Positions 46,212 to 58,181 of a stretch of DNA of 64,000 nt are shown in pieces. Below the pieces are notes generated by a model that saw only the letters and a program-made list of their open reading frames with translations, did no database searches and was not told the DNA's origin. The stretch spans positions 6,241-70,240 of the forward strand of contig JAUYLJ010000041.1 of the NCBI GenBank assembly GCA_030699685.1, given 5' to 3'. The stretch's first letter is position 1, and each line of letters starts with the position of its first letter. Made by a program: the position numbers and the translations under genes. The stretch comes from a bacterium. Lineage in GTDB: Bacteria > Patescibacteriota > Patescibacteriia > JAHIZJ01.

Positions 46212-47348
46212 TTACTCGCTGATCGGAAAATCGGCGTAGCGAATATGCGCTCCTCCACCAGGACCGGCGCCAAAGTACATCCGATATTTTACATAGTCAT
46301 CCTGCCCGCCGCTTCCATTCTTGTACCCTCCAAATGAAGCTCTTGCCCCTCCTTTAAATTGTGACGAGTAGGCAAAATAGTCGCTAAAACCTGTTTTTTC
46401 TTCGCCGGCCATAGTAAACACTTTTACCTCTCCGCTACTCCCTTTTCCATTGATGGTTACTATTTCATCCGTCCCGTCTGCGTCAAGATCAGCTACTTCG
46501 ATTGTCGCCCCGTAGTCATCACCCGGATACGCAACAAATTCTGATTCTAAGGAAATAATTTCACCACCGTTAATGCTAAGCTCAAAAACCCGAACCAGGG
46601 CTTGAGAATCTGTCTCCGGCACGGTAACCAATTCTGTATCGCCGTCGCCATCAACATCACCAAGAGTCAAATCAACACCGCCCCGAAAGTCGGGATGATA
46701 TACCATGAAGTTTCCACCAATTGCAACATCGTTTTCCCATCTTACAGCAAACTTATTCAGTAAGCGAAGCTGTGGTGGAGCACCTTTATTTGGCGCTACC
46801 GCTATATGCTCCCCACCTCTCTGATCAATAAATCCAGCGGCCTTTAATCCTACGACCATATTCTTGGAATAAGCGTAATACGAGTCAACTACCTGAAGAG
46901 TGTTGCCATCATAAATTTTGAGTAATGGCTGCGCGTTTTCATTTGGCGTGACAACAACTTCGTAGTCATTGGTGCTTGATCCCAACCGAAAACCGCCTTG
47001 ATACAGACAGGTGAATGGGCAAAAGGAACCAATTGTTTTATTTCCATTCTGTTCCGAATAATTATATGAATATCGAAACACATAGGGCGAGGCGATAAAG
47101 TCCTCATCTTGTTTTCCAATTCCAGCAACAAATACTTTGGCGTCAGGCGTCACTTTGTCAGTATACTGTTCACCGCCAACTTTCAAACTGGCTGGTAAAG
47201 CTAGCACATCTATCCCTGCTTTAGTGTTTGGATCGTTAAAAAATCCTGGACCGGAAAAAGTGGCTCCTGTTTCTTGATTATACGCAAACGCTGATGTGAT
47301 TACGCCAAAAACAGCTATTATAGCAATACTAAGAATATTTTTTTTCAT
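46212..47348 (-). CDS. secreted FG-GAP repeat protein
   Basis: Signal peptide 'MKKNILSIAIIAVFGVITSAFA'. Repeats 'DVDGDGDTELVTVP', 'ADLDADGTDEIVTI' and 'FVAY/YFAY'. Confidence 0.65.
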   Translation of the reverse strand: MKKNILSIAIIAVFGVITSAFAYNQETGATFSGPGFFNDPNTKAGIDVLALPASLKVGGEQYTDKVTPDAKVFVAGIGKQDEDFIASPYVFRYSYNYSEQNGNKTIGSFCPFTCLYQGGFRLGSSTNDYEVVVTPNENAQPLLKIYDGNTLQVVDSYYAYSKNMVVGLKAAGFIDQRGGEHIAVAPNKGAPPQLRLLNKFAVRWENDVAIGGNFMVYHPDFRGGVDLTLGDVDGDGDTELVTVPETDSQALVRVFELSINGGEIISLESEFVAYPGDDYGATIEVADLDADGTDEIVTINGKGSSGEVKVFTMAGEEKTGFSDYFAYSSQFKGGARASFGGYKNGSGGQDDYVKYRMYFGAGPGGGAHIRYADFPISE

Positions 47349-47401
47349 ATCAATATGCTTATACTTATATGTTATATCGCTCCTATTCTATCACATTAGC
47401 T

Positions 47402-47437
47402 GCAACGAAAAAACCCCCGTCCTCTTGGGGGTCTTTT
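47402..47437 (-). terminator. rho-independent terminator (copy 2 of the repeated element), likely the rrn operon terminator
   Basis: Matches copy 1 at 33 of 35 positions. It lies about 90 nt downstream of the 5S rRNA 3' end on the minus strand. Confidence 0.55.
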
Positions 47438-47525
47438 CATATTCACTATCAGCCTAGAGCTGAAAAAAGTCAAGTTCAAGGTTGGTCAATTTTCGCCTAT
47501 TGTCTTCCGTCAATCAAATCCGAGA

Positions 47526-47647
47526 TTCCGGGCACCGGCCTACTTTCCCACGCCCTCGAGGGGCAAGTATCATCAGCGTTGATGGGCTTAACTGCTGTGT
47601 TCGGGATGGAAACAGGTGTGACCCCATCACTTGAGACACCCGGAATT
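47526..47647 (-). rRNA. rrf: 5S ribosomal RNA
   Basis: Minus-strand 'CCTGTTTCCATCCCGAACACAGCAGTTAAGCCCATCAACGCTGATGATACTTGCCCCTCGAGGGCGTGGGAAAGTAGG'. Flanking complementary processing stems are present. The ends are approximate. Confidence 0.85.
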
Positions 47648-47865
47648 CCGGATTTGATTGTATTGCATTGAACGGAAACCGACCTTAGAACAGCGTCGAA
47701 TCAGGTGTCAGGAGGAAGATTATTCCAAAAAATACCGACACTAAAACAACGAGTAAAATCAAGGTCAGCGAAATTTTGATTTTCTGTACCATAGAGTAGT
47801 AGGGTCCAACTAAGTGGAACTGCACGCGTTATACACAAACGCATGGGTCCGATTATGATCAATCA

Positions 47866-51252
<3,387 letters not shown>

Positions 51253-51681
51253 ATAATTTATTGCATGTTGGACCCACTATTCAATTGTCAAGGTTCCATC
51301 CTTGAACTGACACGGGAAGGTCAGGCTTCCACCGGACATTCCCGTATCGGTTCAAGTAAAAGATTCGCGCCCAGGAAACGAACTACCAGGCTTCGTTGTT
51401 TTGGAGAGAGGTCTCCGCCTGAGCGCGAATTGAGGATGAGCCCCTCGGAAGTAGCGTGAAAGCGCTCGACGCGCCAAACTCCTTCGTTGGGGCTCATCAG
51501 ATGTGAGCGTGACAAGCCTTTTAAGCGGCGAGCTTCCGAAGAAGCCTGTGGTGTTCTCCACAGAGGCTCGCTACGCTCACGAACACTATCAAAGGTCTAG
51601 AGCCAATTGGACATCCGAGATGATCCAGCTGACCTTAGATCTCTATAATAATTGCAGTAAAAGGTACAAGGAACGAGGCAC

Positions 51682-51703
51682 AAAAAATCCGCCGTTCAGG
51701 CGG
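51682..51703 (-). other. hairpin plus U-tract within the rrn leader (CCGCC-TGAAC-GGCGG then ATTTTTTG on the minus strand)
   Basis: Terminator-like structure about 125 nt downstream of the putative rrn promoter. It could be an attenuator or processing element, or the end of a small leader RNA. Confidence 0.35.
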
Positions 51704-51834
51704 GGCATTTTCACAAACAAGGTGTGAGCGAAAGCTTAGAGCATGCCGCCTGGTGGGTTAGAAGTAAGATTTTTTGCTGTCATGAGTTCCAATTTGTGGA
51801 TAAACTGTTTATTTCGCTACATCTATAGTACATG

Positions 51835-51863
51835 AGCACATAATGAGTGTCAAGAGACTTTGC
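51835..51863 (-). promoter_or_regulatory. putative 23S-5S operon promoter (TTGACA-17-TACTAT)
   Basis: Minus strand -35 at 51863-51858 and -10 at 51840-51835. It lies about 580 nt upstream of the mature 23S 5' end. Confidence 0.5.
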
Positions 51864-51881
51864 GGTACCTCTTGACAAAAT

Positions 51882-51909
51882 CAGGAAAACCTGTATAATA
51901 CCGCGTTAC
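51882..51909 (+). promoter_or_regulatory. consensus sigma70 promoter (TTGACA-16-TATAAT) for the lipoprotein gene
   Basis: Perfect hexamers at 51882-51887 and 51904-51909. Divergent from the rrn promoter. The leader to the ATG at 52049 is about 135 nt. Confidence 0.55.
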
Positions 51910-52048
51910 TTTGAGTTGAGTATCTTGCATACAGTTTGTACCTTGCAACAAGGCTCAGAGTAACTCTACCACGGGGGTAGCGCTTTCAGTCGGGCGGCTT
52001 GCCGCTTGTCTACACACCGCGGCGATGAGTCGCGAAGGAGGAAGCAAA

Positions 52049-52984
52049 ATGCTGAAGAGTTTTTCGTGGTTCGTCTGGTGTTTGCTGGCTGTCATCGCGA
52101 TGGCTGGCTGCAACAGCAACGAGGAGCAGCGTCTCCTCGAGCGCCAGGCCATCGTCGGCAACGTGGCCGACAGTCTGAACGCGTCGCAGGCCGAGGTGCA
52201 GGAGTGGATTAACTTCCAACTTGACCCCGACGCTCGCGACTCGTTCGCGGAGTGGGTTAGGATGGAGAGCTACGCGAGCGACAGTCGGGTTGTCGAGCGC
52301 GTCAGCGACGAGCTCGAAGCGCGAAGCGTGAACAATGTCTCCTCACCTGTGTGGGCCCGAGCCATCGCCGAGCTCTACAAGCTCAACCTCGGCCAAATGG
52401 CCGGGATAAACTTCGACTCGCGCGAGCTGGTCGATCAGACCATCCGTACCGCTCGTGGCAACGGTCCCGAGCGAGTCCCCACCGTCAACAACGTCATCAA
52501 GGTCTTCGGCTACTCGGCCGAAGATGGAGGAGAAGTCATCCTCCGGGTTGAGACTGAGTCGGCACCGGACTCGACCGGCAAGACGCAGACCTCCGTCAAA
52601 GAAGTCACGCGTGACTTCAAGATGGAGATCTTTGGAAAGATCCTGGCGCCGAGCGTCGTGACGCCAGTGATCTATGAGGCGGTCAGGGCGGACTACGGCA
52701 ACCTGAACCGTCTCTACCAGCTCAACAACAACGGTGGGCTGCCGGACAACTTCTACGGTTGTCTGGTCGCCGCCTGCGACCAGATCATCCAGGAATCCCA
52801 GGACATCGCCTGGGACTCGCCAATGCAGATCCGGTACGGCTGGGTCGAGTTCTCTGAGGCCGAAAAAGAGAACTGGTCCGGCCTTCGGAAGTTTCTCTTC
52901 CGTGTCGGCGAACCCGGCACGGACAAGATCCGCCGCATCGCGACTGATCTCAAGGCGCGACTCGAAGCCGCGCCCGTATCTTGA
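52049..52984 (+). CDS. lipoprotein, function unknown
   Basis: ATG at 52049 has AAGGAGG 7 nt upstream. Lipobox 'VIAMAGC'. About 58-60 % GC. The ORF-track start at 52025 lacks an RBS. Confidence 0.6.
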   Translation: MLKSFSWFVWCLLAVIAMAGCNSNEEQRLLERQAIVGNVADSLNASQAEVQEWINFQLDPDARDSFAEWVRMESYASDSRVVERVSDELEARSVNNVSSPVWARAIAELYKLNLGQMAGINFDSRELVDQTIRTARGNGPERVPTVNNVIKVFGYSAEDGGEVILRVETESAPDSTGKTQTSVKEVTRDFKMEIFGKILAPSVVTPVIYEAVRADYGNLNRLYQLNNNGGLPDNFYGCLVAACDQIIQESQDIAWDSPMQIRYGWVEFSEAEKENWSGLRKFLFRVGEPGTDKIRRIATDLKARLEAAPVS

Positions 52985-53002
52985 ACCTTTGCACCCCCGA
53001 CA

Positions 53003-53056
53003 CCCGTCTCGCTCTAAGGATCATCTGATCTGATGAGCGGGGCGGGTTCTTTTTAT
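53003..53056 (+). terminator. possible terminator after the lipoprotein gene
   Basis: Imperfect 12-bp stem (CCCGTCTCGCTC / GAGCGGGGCGGG) with a 20-nt loop, followed by TTCTTTTTATTG. Confidence 0.35.
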
Positions 53057-53427
53057 TGACCTAGAGCTCGGTATAAAAACACAATTTGCAAATAAATATA
53101 GCGAGAGCATTGCTTCAGCCACCGGTCAATAACCCGCCGAAGCTCCTAAGAAACTTCCCGAAATTGTAAGATAGAACAAATGAGGATGAATGTTCTAAAA
53201 ATTCTTTAGCAAAAATGCGCAGGCGGGTATGTCGAGTTTGGCAAATAATCCCTGCCCGCCTACTTATTGATTTTTATCGTGGGCAAGGCGGGCGCCGAAG
53301 TTTCAACGGTTAGTCCCGAGAAGACAAAATAATCATTACTAATAAGCCGCCTCACTAAAAGGCAGCAAGAAACGAAGGCGGATATATCCTTAGCCACCCC
53401 AGTGACCATATCATTGCCGGCTCTTGG

Positions 53428-53467
53428 CAAACAAAAACCCCGTCCGAAGCCGAAACTTCGTACGGGG
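53428..53467 (-). terminator. rho-independent terminator for purL
   Basis: Minus strand CCCCGTACGAAG-TTTCGG-CTTCGGACGGGG then TTTTTGTTTG, 6 nt after the purL stop. Confidence 0.55.
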
Positions 53468-53473
53468 ACCGTG

Positions 53474-56400
53474 TCACTTGAGGCACCACGTATGCGCGTT
53501 CTGAAAGAGCCTGAGCCATGGACTGGCCGTGAGTGACTGGCGCCACTCAGGCGGCATCCAGGGCCATTGCCAGGTCAAGAAAGTCCGCTCGGGGTGCGGC
53601 ATCATGGCCAGATGCCGGCCATCTGGCGAACAGAGAGCCGTGACCCCCTGCGGACTGCCGTTGGGATTGAACGGGTAACGCTCAGTCGGGATGCCTTCCT
53701 CATCCACGAAGCGCAATGGAGTTAGATGATCGGAGACGAGCTGCTCTATAGTTTCCCCCATCGCGTAGAGCCGTCCTTCACCGTGAGCCACCCAGACCCC
53801 GAGCCTTGACCATTGCATGCCCTGGAACATGATCGAAGGACTTGGCCTCACCTCGACCGTCGAGAACCGGGATTCAAACCGGCCTGACCTGTTGCGGATA
53901 AAACGAGGCTGCGTGTCCGGATTCAGTGATAAGCCAGGCACCCAACCCAAGAGAGCCATGAGCTGGCAGCCGTTGCAAACTCCGAGAGAGAACGTCTCTG
54001 TCCGTTCTTGAAACAGTCGAAATTGTTCGGCTACCCGTTCGTTGAAACGGATGACGCCGGCCCAACCTTTGCCAGCGTCCAGCACGTCAGCGAATGAGAA
54101 GCCGCCAACAAACGCGATCCCGCGGAAATGATCGAGCGTGATCCTGCCGCTGACAAGATCCGTCATTGTGAGGTCCCAGGCTTCGAAACCAGACTGCTCG
54201 AACGCTGCAGCCATTTCCTGATCGCCATTTGACCCCTGCTCGCGAAGAATTGCCACTCGTGGCTTTTCTCCTGCGCTGAGAATTAACGGCGGCGTCGGTG
54301 AGGCGTCGAAGGAAAAGAGATACGGGGGAGGTGTCAACAAATGAGCGTTCACCTCCGCTTCCTCGTTCACGCAGTCAGGGTCAGTCTGAAGTCGATCAAT
54401 GGCGGTACTGGTTGCTTCCCACACTTGGCGCAAGTCGACCATTGCTTCGTCCAGCCGCGTCTCCCCATCGTGAATCACTACGACTCGCTCAGACCGAACT
54501 CGGCCGATCGGCAGCGCTTGGATCATGTGCGCGACAAACACCGCTTGAACATCATCCCAATCGTCGTAGTTGCAACTCAACACCAAGCCCGGTGACTCAC
54601 TGAACAGGATGGCGATCGTGTCAGCTCGCGGCAAGCGAACCGTAAATCCAAGATTACCGGCAAAAGCCATCTCCAGAAGCGTGACTATCAGTCCTCCATC
54701 GCTGATATCATGCACCGCGTTGATCAAGCCGTGGCGAATCAACTCCTGATTCGTCGAGAACGCGGATTGAAGACTTCTTGCCGAAACGTCCGGGCACTCA
54801 TCGCCAACCTGACTAAAGACCTGAGCCAGGGCTGACCCGCCTAGTGAATAATCGTCAGCAGAAAGCGGAATCCAGAATATCTGATCTCCTTCCTGTTTGA
54901 ATTCCGGCGTCACTTTCATCCGGACGTCGGGCACGTCGACGTATGCGCTGATGACTAGTTCACCGGGAGCTTTCACCGTCGCGTCCGAACCGTCAGGCGC
55001 TTTCGTCCTCACGGCCATGGACAGACTGTCCTTCCCTCCATCCACGGCCATGCCTAGCTCGATCATGAAGTCGCGCATTGCCTCAGCCGCCCGACGGAGC
55101 CAGACTCCCTCGCCGGGAAGCTTGGCCGCCAGCATCCAGTTGGCCGAGCAGCGCACGTTGGCAATCCCGCTGATGACAACACCTGACAAATTCAGCAACG
55201 CTTCGGTCACGGCCAGACGTGCCATCGCTTCAGGAGAAAGCAGTCCTTTCATCGGCTGCTCGCCGATCGCAAAAGCGGTTCCGGAAGTTTCTTCTGTCAG
55301 TGAGTGGGAGATCATCGCGAAATCTGCCAGTGTCACGTGGTTCGGACCAACACATTGCTGCTGAGCAATGTGGCCGGACACGCTTCGATCCGCTTTCGTG
55401 GACAGGAAACGCTTGGAAGCAACAGACGGTAAACGCAGAACTCTCTCCAATGCGTCGCGCACCGTCAACCTCTCAGGCAAAGCGAGCGGAACGCGTACCG
55501 ACGCGATGGTTTCAAGTTCAAACGTCTTCTGGGGAATTTCACCCAGCACCTCCCGCAAAGGGAGATTGACCGGCTCACTTCCATCCTGCTCGTCATGAAG
55601 AACCAGTTGGCTATCTCCGGTAATGGTACCAATCACGGCCATAGGCAGGCTTTCACGGTCACAGATCGCTGTGATTAAATCAAGCTTCTCCGGCCTGATC
55701 AGAATCACGTCCCGTTCCTGCGATTCATTGGCCCAGATGACCAGAGAGGACAACGTCGCGTCGCCGACCGGAATACCACGTAGTTCGATGCGCGCGCCGG
55801 CAGGATCAACGATTTCGGGAACCGCATTGCAATCGCCGCCAGCGCCCAAATCGTGCGCTGTCACTATCGGGTTGTCCTCTCCCAGCGCGACACAGGCACG
55901 GAAGAAACGGTTGAGCCGATTCTCCATCTGCGGATCCGGGCGCTGGACTGAATCAAGATCTAGGTTTTCCGCGTTCTCGCCAGAAAGCATGGAACTAGCC
56001 GCGCCGCCACCCAAACCGATCCGGTAGGCCGGTCCGCCGACCTGAACCACCAGCATGCTCGGTTCTGGATCGCCCTTAGCGGTATGTGCATCGTCAATCA
56101 GTCCGGTTCCGACCGAGTACATGATCGGCTTATACCAACCCCGGCGTCCGTCGGGCAAAACGATCCCACTGGTACGAACGAATCCGCACACCAGCGGCTC
56201 GCCGAAGCAGTTGCCATAGTCCGAAGCGCCGTCGCTGGCCCGAATCATGATTTCAAGAGGTGATTTCAGAGCAGGCGGATGCCACCAACCATCCTCCTCC
56301 CATGGGAGATCGTAGCCGGGAATGCGCAAGTTGTCCGAACAGTATCCGGCGCCACCGGCGATCACCAGGCCGCCCCGACCAACAACATGGACATCGCGGA

Positions 56401-57370
56401 TTCGCCCGCCACTCCCGGTTCCGCTGCCTTCGTAGGCCGCCAATCCGGTTGGGTGATTGTGGGTTTCAGCGGTCAGTGTTGGATGCATCACACGACCAAC
56501 CCGGCGATACCAACTCGGCCGTTCAGGATGAGTAGGCAGCAACATCGTTACTTCATTGCCCCGGATCGCCGACGAATCATCGTGAAAAGCGATCACGGAG
56601 TTGTTCGGATTGCGCCGCCATGTCTCCCTGACAATATCCATCAGCGTGTCGGAACAAGGCTCTCCGTCAACGATATGGCGTCCTTTGAAGAACCAATGAC
56701 GCGAGTGTTCCGAGTTGGCCTGAGCCAGCTCGATCAACTCCACGTCGGTAGGATTCCGGCCGATGATTCTCGTGAATAACTGTGTGATGTACTCAATGTC
56801 TTGTTCATCCCACCCAAATCCAAGTTCGCGGTTGATACGCCGGAGCGCTTCGATGCCTTCTTTCAGCAAAGGAATGACGCGCACCGGATCGGGATCGCGA
56901 CTGATGGTAAACGACTCCGGCGGACTTACATAAGGCACCTGAGTCATCCGGTCGTATAGTTCACCAAGAAACAACTCCTCCACACGATCGCTGAGAGCTG
57001 CTTCAAGCATCCCGTAGCGGATGGAGCGTTCAATCCTTCGAACCTTCGTCAGGCCGCAAGCGTGACAAATTGCCACCGCGGCTGACGACCACGGAGTTTC
57101 GAAATTCAACTGCGGACCGATTTCGAGAACCGTTCGGCAGAAAGACAGGAACGACTCACGTCCGGCGTTCTCCGGTTCAAACGTTTCAGCCAACAGCCAG
57201 AATAGCCGACCCTCTTCTTCCTCGGTCAGGCCACTATTCAATTCTACCGCGTAACACCACTCGGAATGAATTTGAGGCAAGAGTCTTCCAACTCGCACCT
57301 CAGCCTCTTTCCTTACTTGCTCAAGCTTTCTGTGAGTCAACGCTGGAGTTCTGAAAAAGCGCAAAATCAT
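53474..57370 (-). CDS. purL: phosphoribosylformylglycinamidine (FGAM) synthase, large single-chain form
   Basis: 1298 aa. AIRS-like domains are present. The C-terminal GATase reads 'GVCNGCQLMALLG' ... 'MMPHPERTF'. AGGAGGG lies 4-5 nt before the ATG. About 59 % GC. Confidence 0.9.
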   Translation of the reverse strand: MILRFFRTPALTHRKLEQVRKEAEVRVGRLLPQIHSEWCYAVELNSGLTEEEEGRLFWLLAETFEPENAGRESFLSFCRTVLEIGPQLNFETPWSSAAVAICHACGLTKVRRIERSIRYGMLEAALSDRVEELFLGELYDRMTQVPYVSPPESFTISRDPDPVRVIPLLKEGIEALRRINRELGFGWDEQDIEYITQLFTRIIGRNPTDVELIELAQANSEHSRHWFFKGRHIVDGEPCSDTLMDIVRETWRRNPNNSVIAFHDDSSAIRGNEVTMLLPTHPERPSWYRRVGRVMHPTLTAETHNHPTGLAAYEGSGTGSGGRIRDVHVVGRGGLVIAGGAGYCSDNLRIPGYDLPWEEDGWWHPPALKSPLEIMIRASDGASDYGNCFGEPLVCGFVRTSGIVLPDGRRGWYKPIMYSVGTGLIDDAHTAKGDPEPSMLVVQVGGPAYRIGLGGGAASSMLSGENAENLDLDSVQRPDPQMENRLNRFFRACVALGEDNPIVTAHDLGAGGDCNAVPEIVDPAGARIELRGIPVGDATLSSLVIWANESQERDVILIRPEKLDLITAICDRESLPMAVIGTITGDSQLVLHDEQDGSEPVNLPLREVLGEIPQKTFELETIASVRVPLALPERLTVRDALERVLRLPSVASKRFLSTKADRSVSGHIAQQQCVGPNHVTLADFAMISHSLTEETSGTAFAIGEQPMKGLLSPEAMARLAVTEALLNLSGVVISGIANVRCSANWMLAAKLPGEGVWLRRAAEAMRDFMIELGMAVDGGKDSLSMAVRTKAPDGSDATVKAPGELVISAYVDVPDVRMKVTPEFKQEGDQIFWIPLSADDYSLGGSALAQVFSQVGDECPDVSARSLQSAFSTNQELIRHGLINAVHDISDGGLIVTLLEMAFAGNLGFTVRLPRADTIAILFSESPGLVLSCNYDDWDDVQAVFVAHMIQALPIGRVRSERVVVIHDGETRLDEAMVDLRQVWEATSTAIDRLQTDPDCVNEEAEVNAHLLTPPPYLFSFDASPTPPLILSAGEKPRVAILREQGSNGDQEMAAAFEQSGFEAWDLTMTDLVSGRITLDHFRGIAFVGGFSFADVLDAGKGWAGVIRFNERVAEQFRLFQERTETFSLGVCNGCQLMALLGWVPGLSLNPDTQPRFIRNRSGRFESRFSTVEVRPSPSIMFQGMQWSRLGVWVAHGEGRLYAMGETIEQLVSDHLTPLRFVDEEGIPTERYPFNPNGSPQGVTALCSPDGRHLAMMPHPERTFLTWQWPWMPPEWRQSLTASPWLRLFQNAHTWCLK

Positions 57371-57513
57371 ACACCCTCCTGAATGTCAAACAGCAGTCAT
57401 CGCTTCTTTCGTTCAACTTTACAGCAGCCCGTTAGTGTATTCTCATAACTATTTTTTTGCAAACAAAAACCCCACTTTGTATTTTACTAGCGGAGTTTTC
57501 GTTGGGAGAACTC

Positions 57514-57651
57514 TTAGCGCTTTGTGCGACGAGTCGTTCTCTTTTTTGTTGTCTTTTTTTTGGTTGTGCGCTTTTTTGTCGTTGCGCGTTTCTTCGTTGT
57601 GCGCTTCTTGGTAGTAGCGCGTTTCTTCGTAGCCTTTTTCTTTCGTGCCAT
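57514..57651 (-). CDS. small Lys/Thr-rich tandem-repeat basic protein (45 aa), histone-H1-like composition
   Basis: ATG at 57651 has GGAGGGAGG 9 nt upstream. Sequence MARKKKATKKRATTKKRTTKKRATTKKRTTKKKTTKKRTTRRTKR, then TAA. Other overlapping frames lack an RBS. Confidence 0.55.
   Translation of the reverse strand: MARKKKATKKRATTKKRTTKKRATTKKRTTKKKTTKKRTTRRTKR
57520..57640. repeat. imperfect 15-nt tandem repeat (about 7 units) underlying the TTKKR repeats
   Basis: Direct DNA repeats of roughly ACGAAGAAACGCGCA / ACCAAGAAGCGCACA. They produce long pseudo-ORFs in several frames. Confidence 0.5.
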
Positions 57652-57792
57652 TCGCTTTCACCTCCCTCCGTCTGGGATGTTAGTATATGATGCGAAAAAA
57701 CTCTAAGAAGCTGGTAGCAACACAAAAACTTTTGTTATCAATATAATTATACCATAAAAGATTAAACACAACAACTCGTTGTGGATAATTTT

Positions 57793-58029
57793 TTATGTAA
57801 TATTAAATCCTGTGAGCCGCCACACTACGTAGGCAATCGCCCCGAGAAGGAGAACGATGATGACATACGTGACAGGATTGTCCATCGAAAACCATTTCCA
57901 CTTCTCTGGCACTCCCAATATGTCCTCAATCACTGTTTCCTCTTCTTCGATATGCTCCTCAGTAATTTCTTCCTCATCATCGTTCTCCTGAGGGGATTCA
58001 TTTTTTTCAAACGGGGTTTTCATTGTCAT
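57793..58029 (-). CDS. small membrane protein with acidic N terminus and one C-terminal TM helix
   Basis: 78 aa from 'MTMKTPFEKNESPQENDDEEE...VIIVLLLGAIAYVVWRL'. No RBS. A TATAAAT-like box lies upstream. Confidence 0.35.
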   Translation of the reverse strand: MTMKTPFEKNESPQENDDEEEITEEHIEEEETVIEDILGVPEKWKWFSMDNPVTYVIIVLLLGAIAYVVWRLTGFNIT

Positions 58030-58181
58030 GTGACAATTATATTTATACTCAAGCTGGCTATCCTGTTCAGGATTATAACGAAAATGCTTTGATGCCGCTA
58101 CCGACAATAGCGGAAAACTCACCCTTTACTTTCTTTGAAGTTTGTACTATAATTATAGTAATAAACAAATAAAACATTTGT

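Noticed and set aside
57432-57725. 97-aa and 70-aa minus-strand ORFs and two plus-strand ORFs (57457-57690, 57524-57706) over the 15-nt tandem repeat
   Set aside because: These are frame artefacts of the repeat. They lack an RBS and an ATG (the 70-aa frame would need a GTG directly abutting the SD). The 45-aa MARKKK frame is the only one with proper signals.
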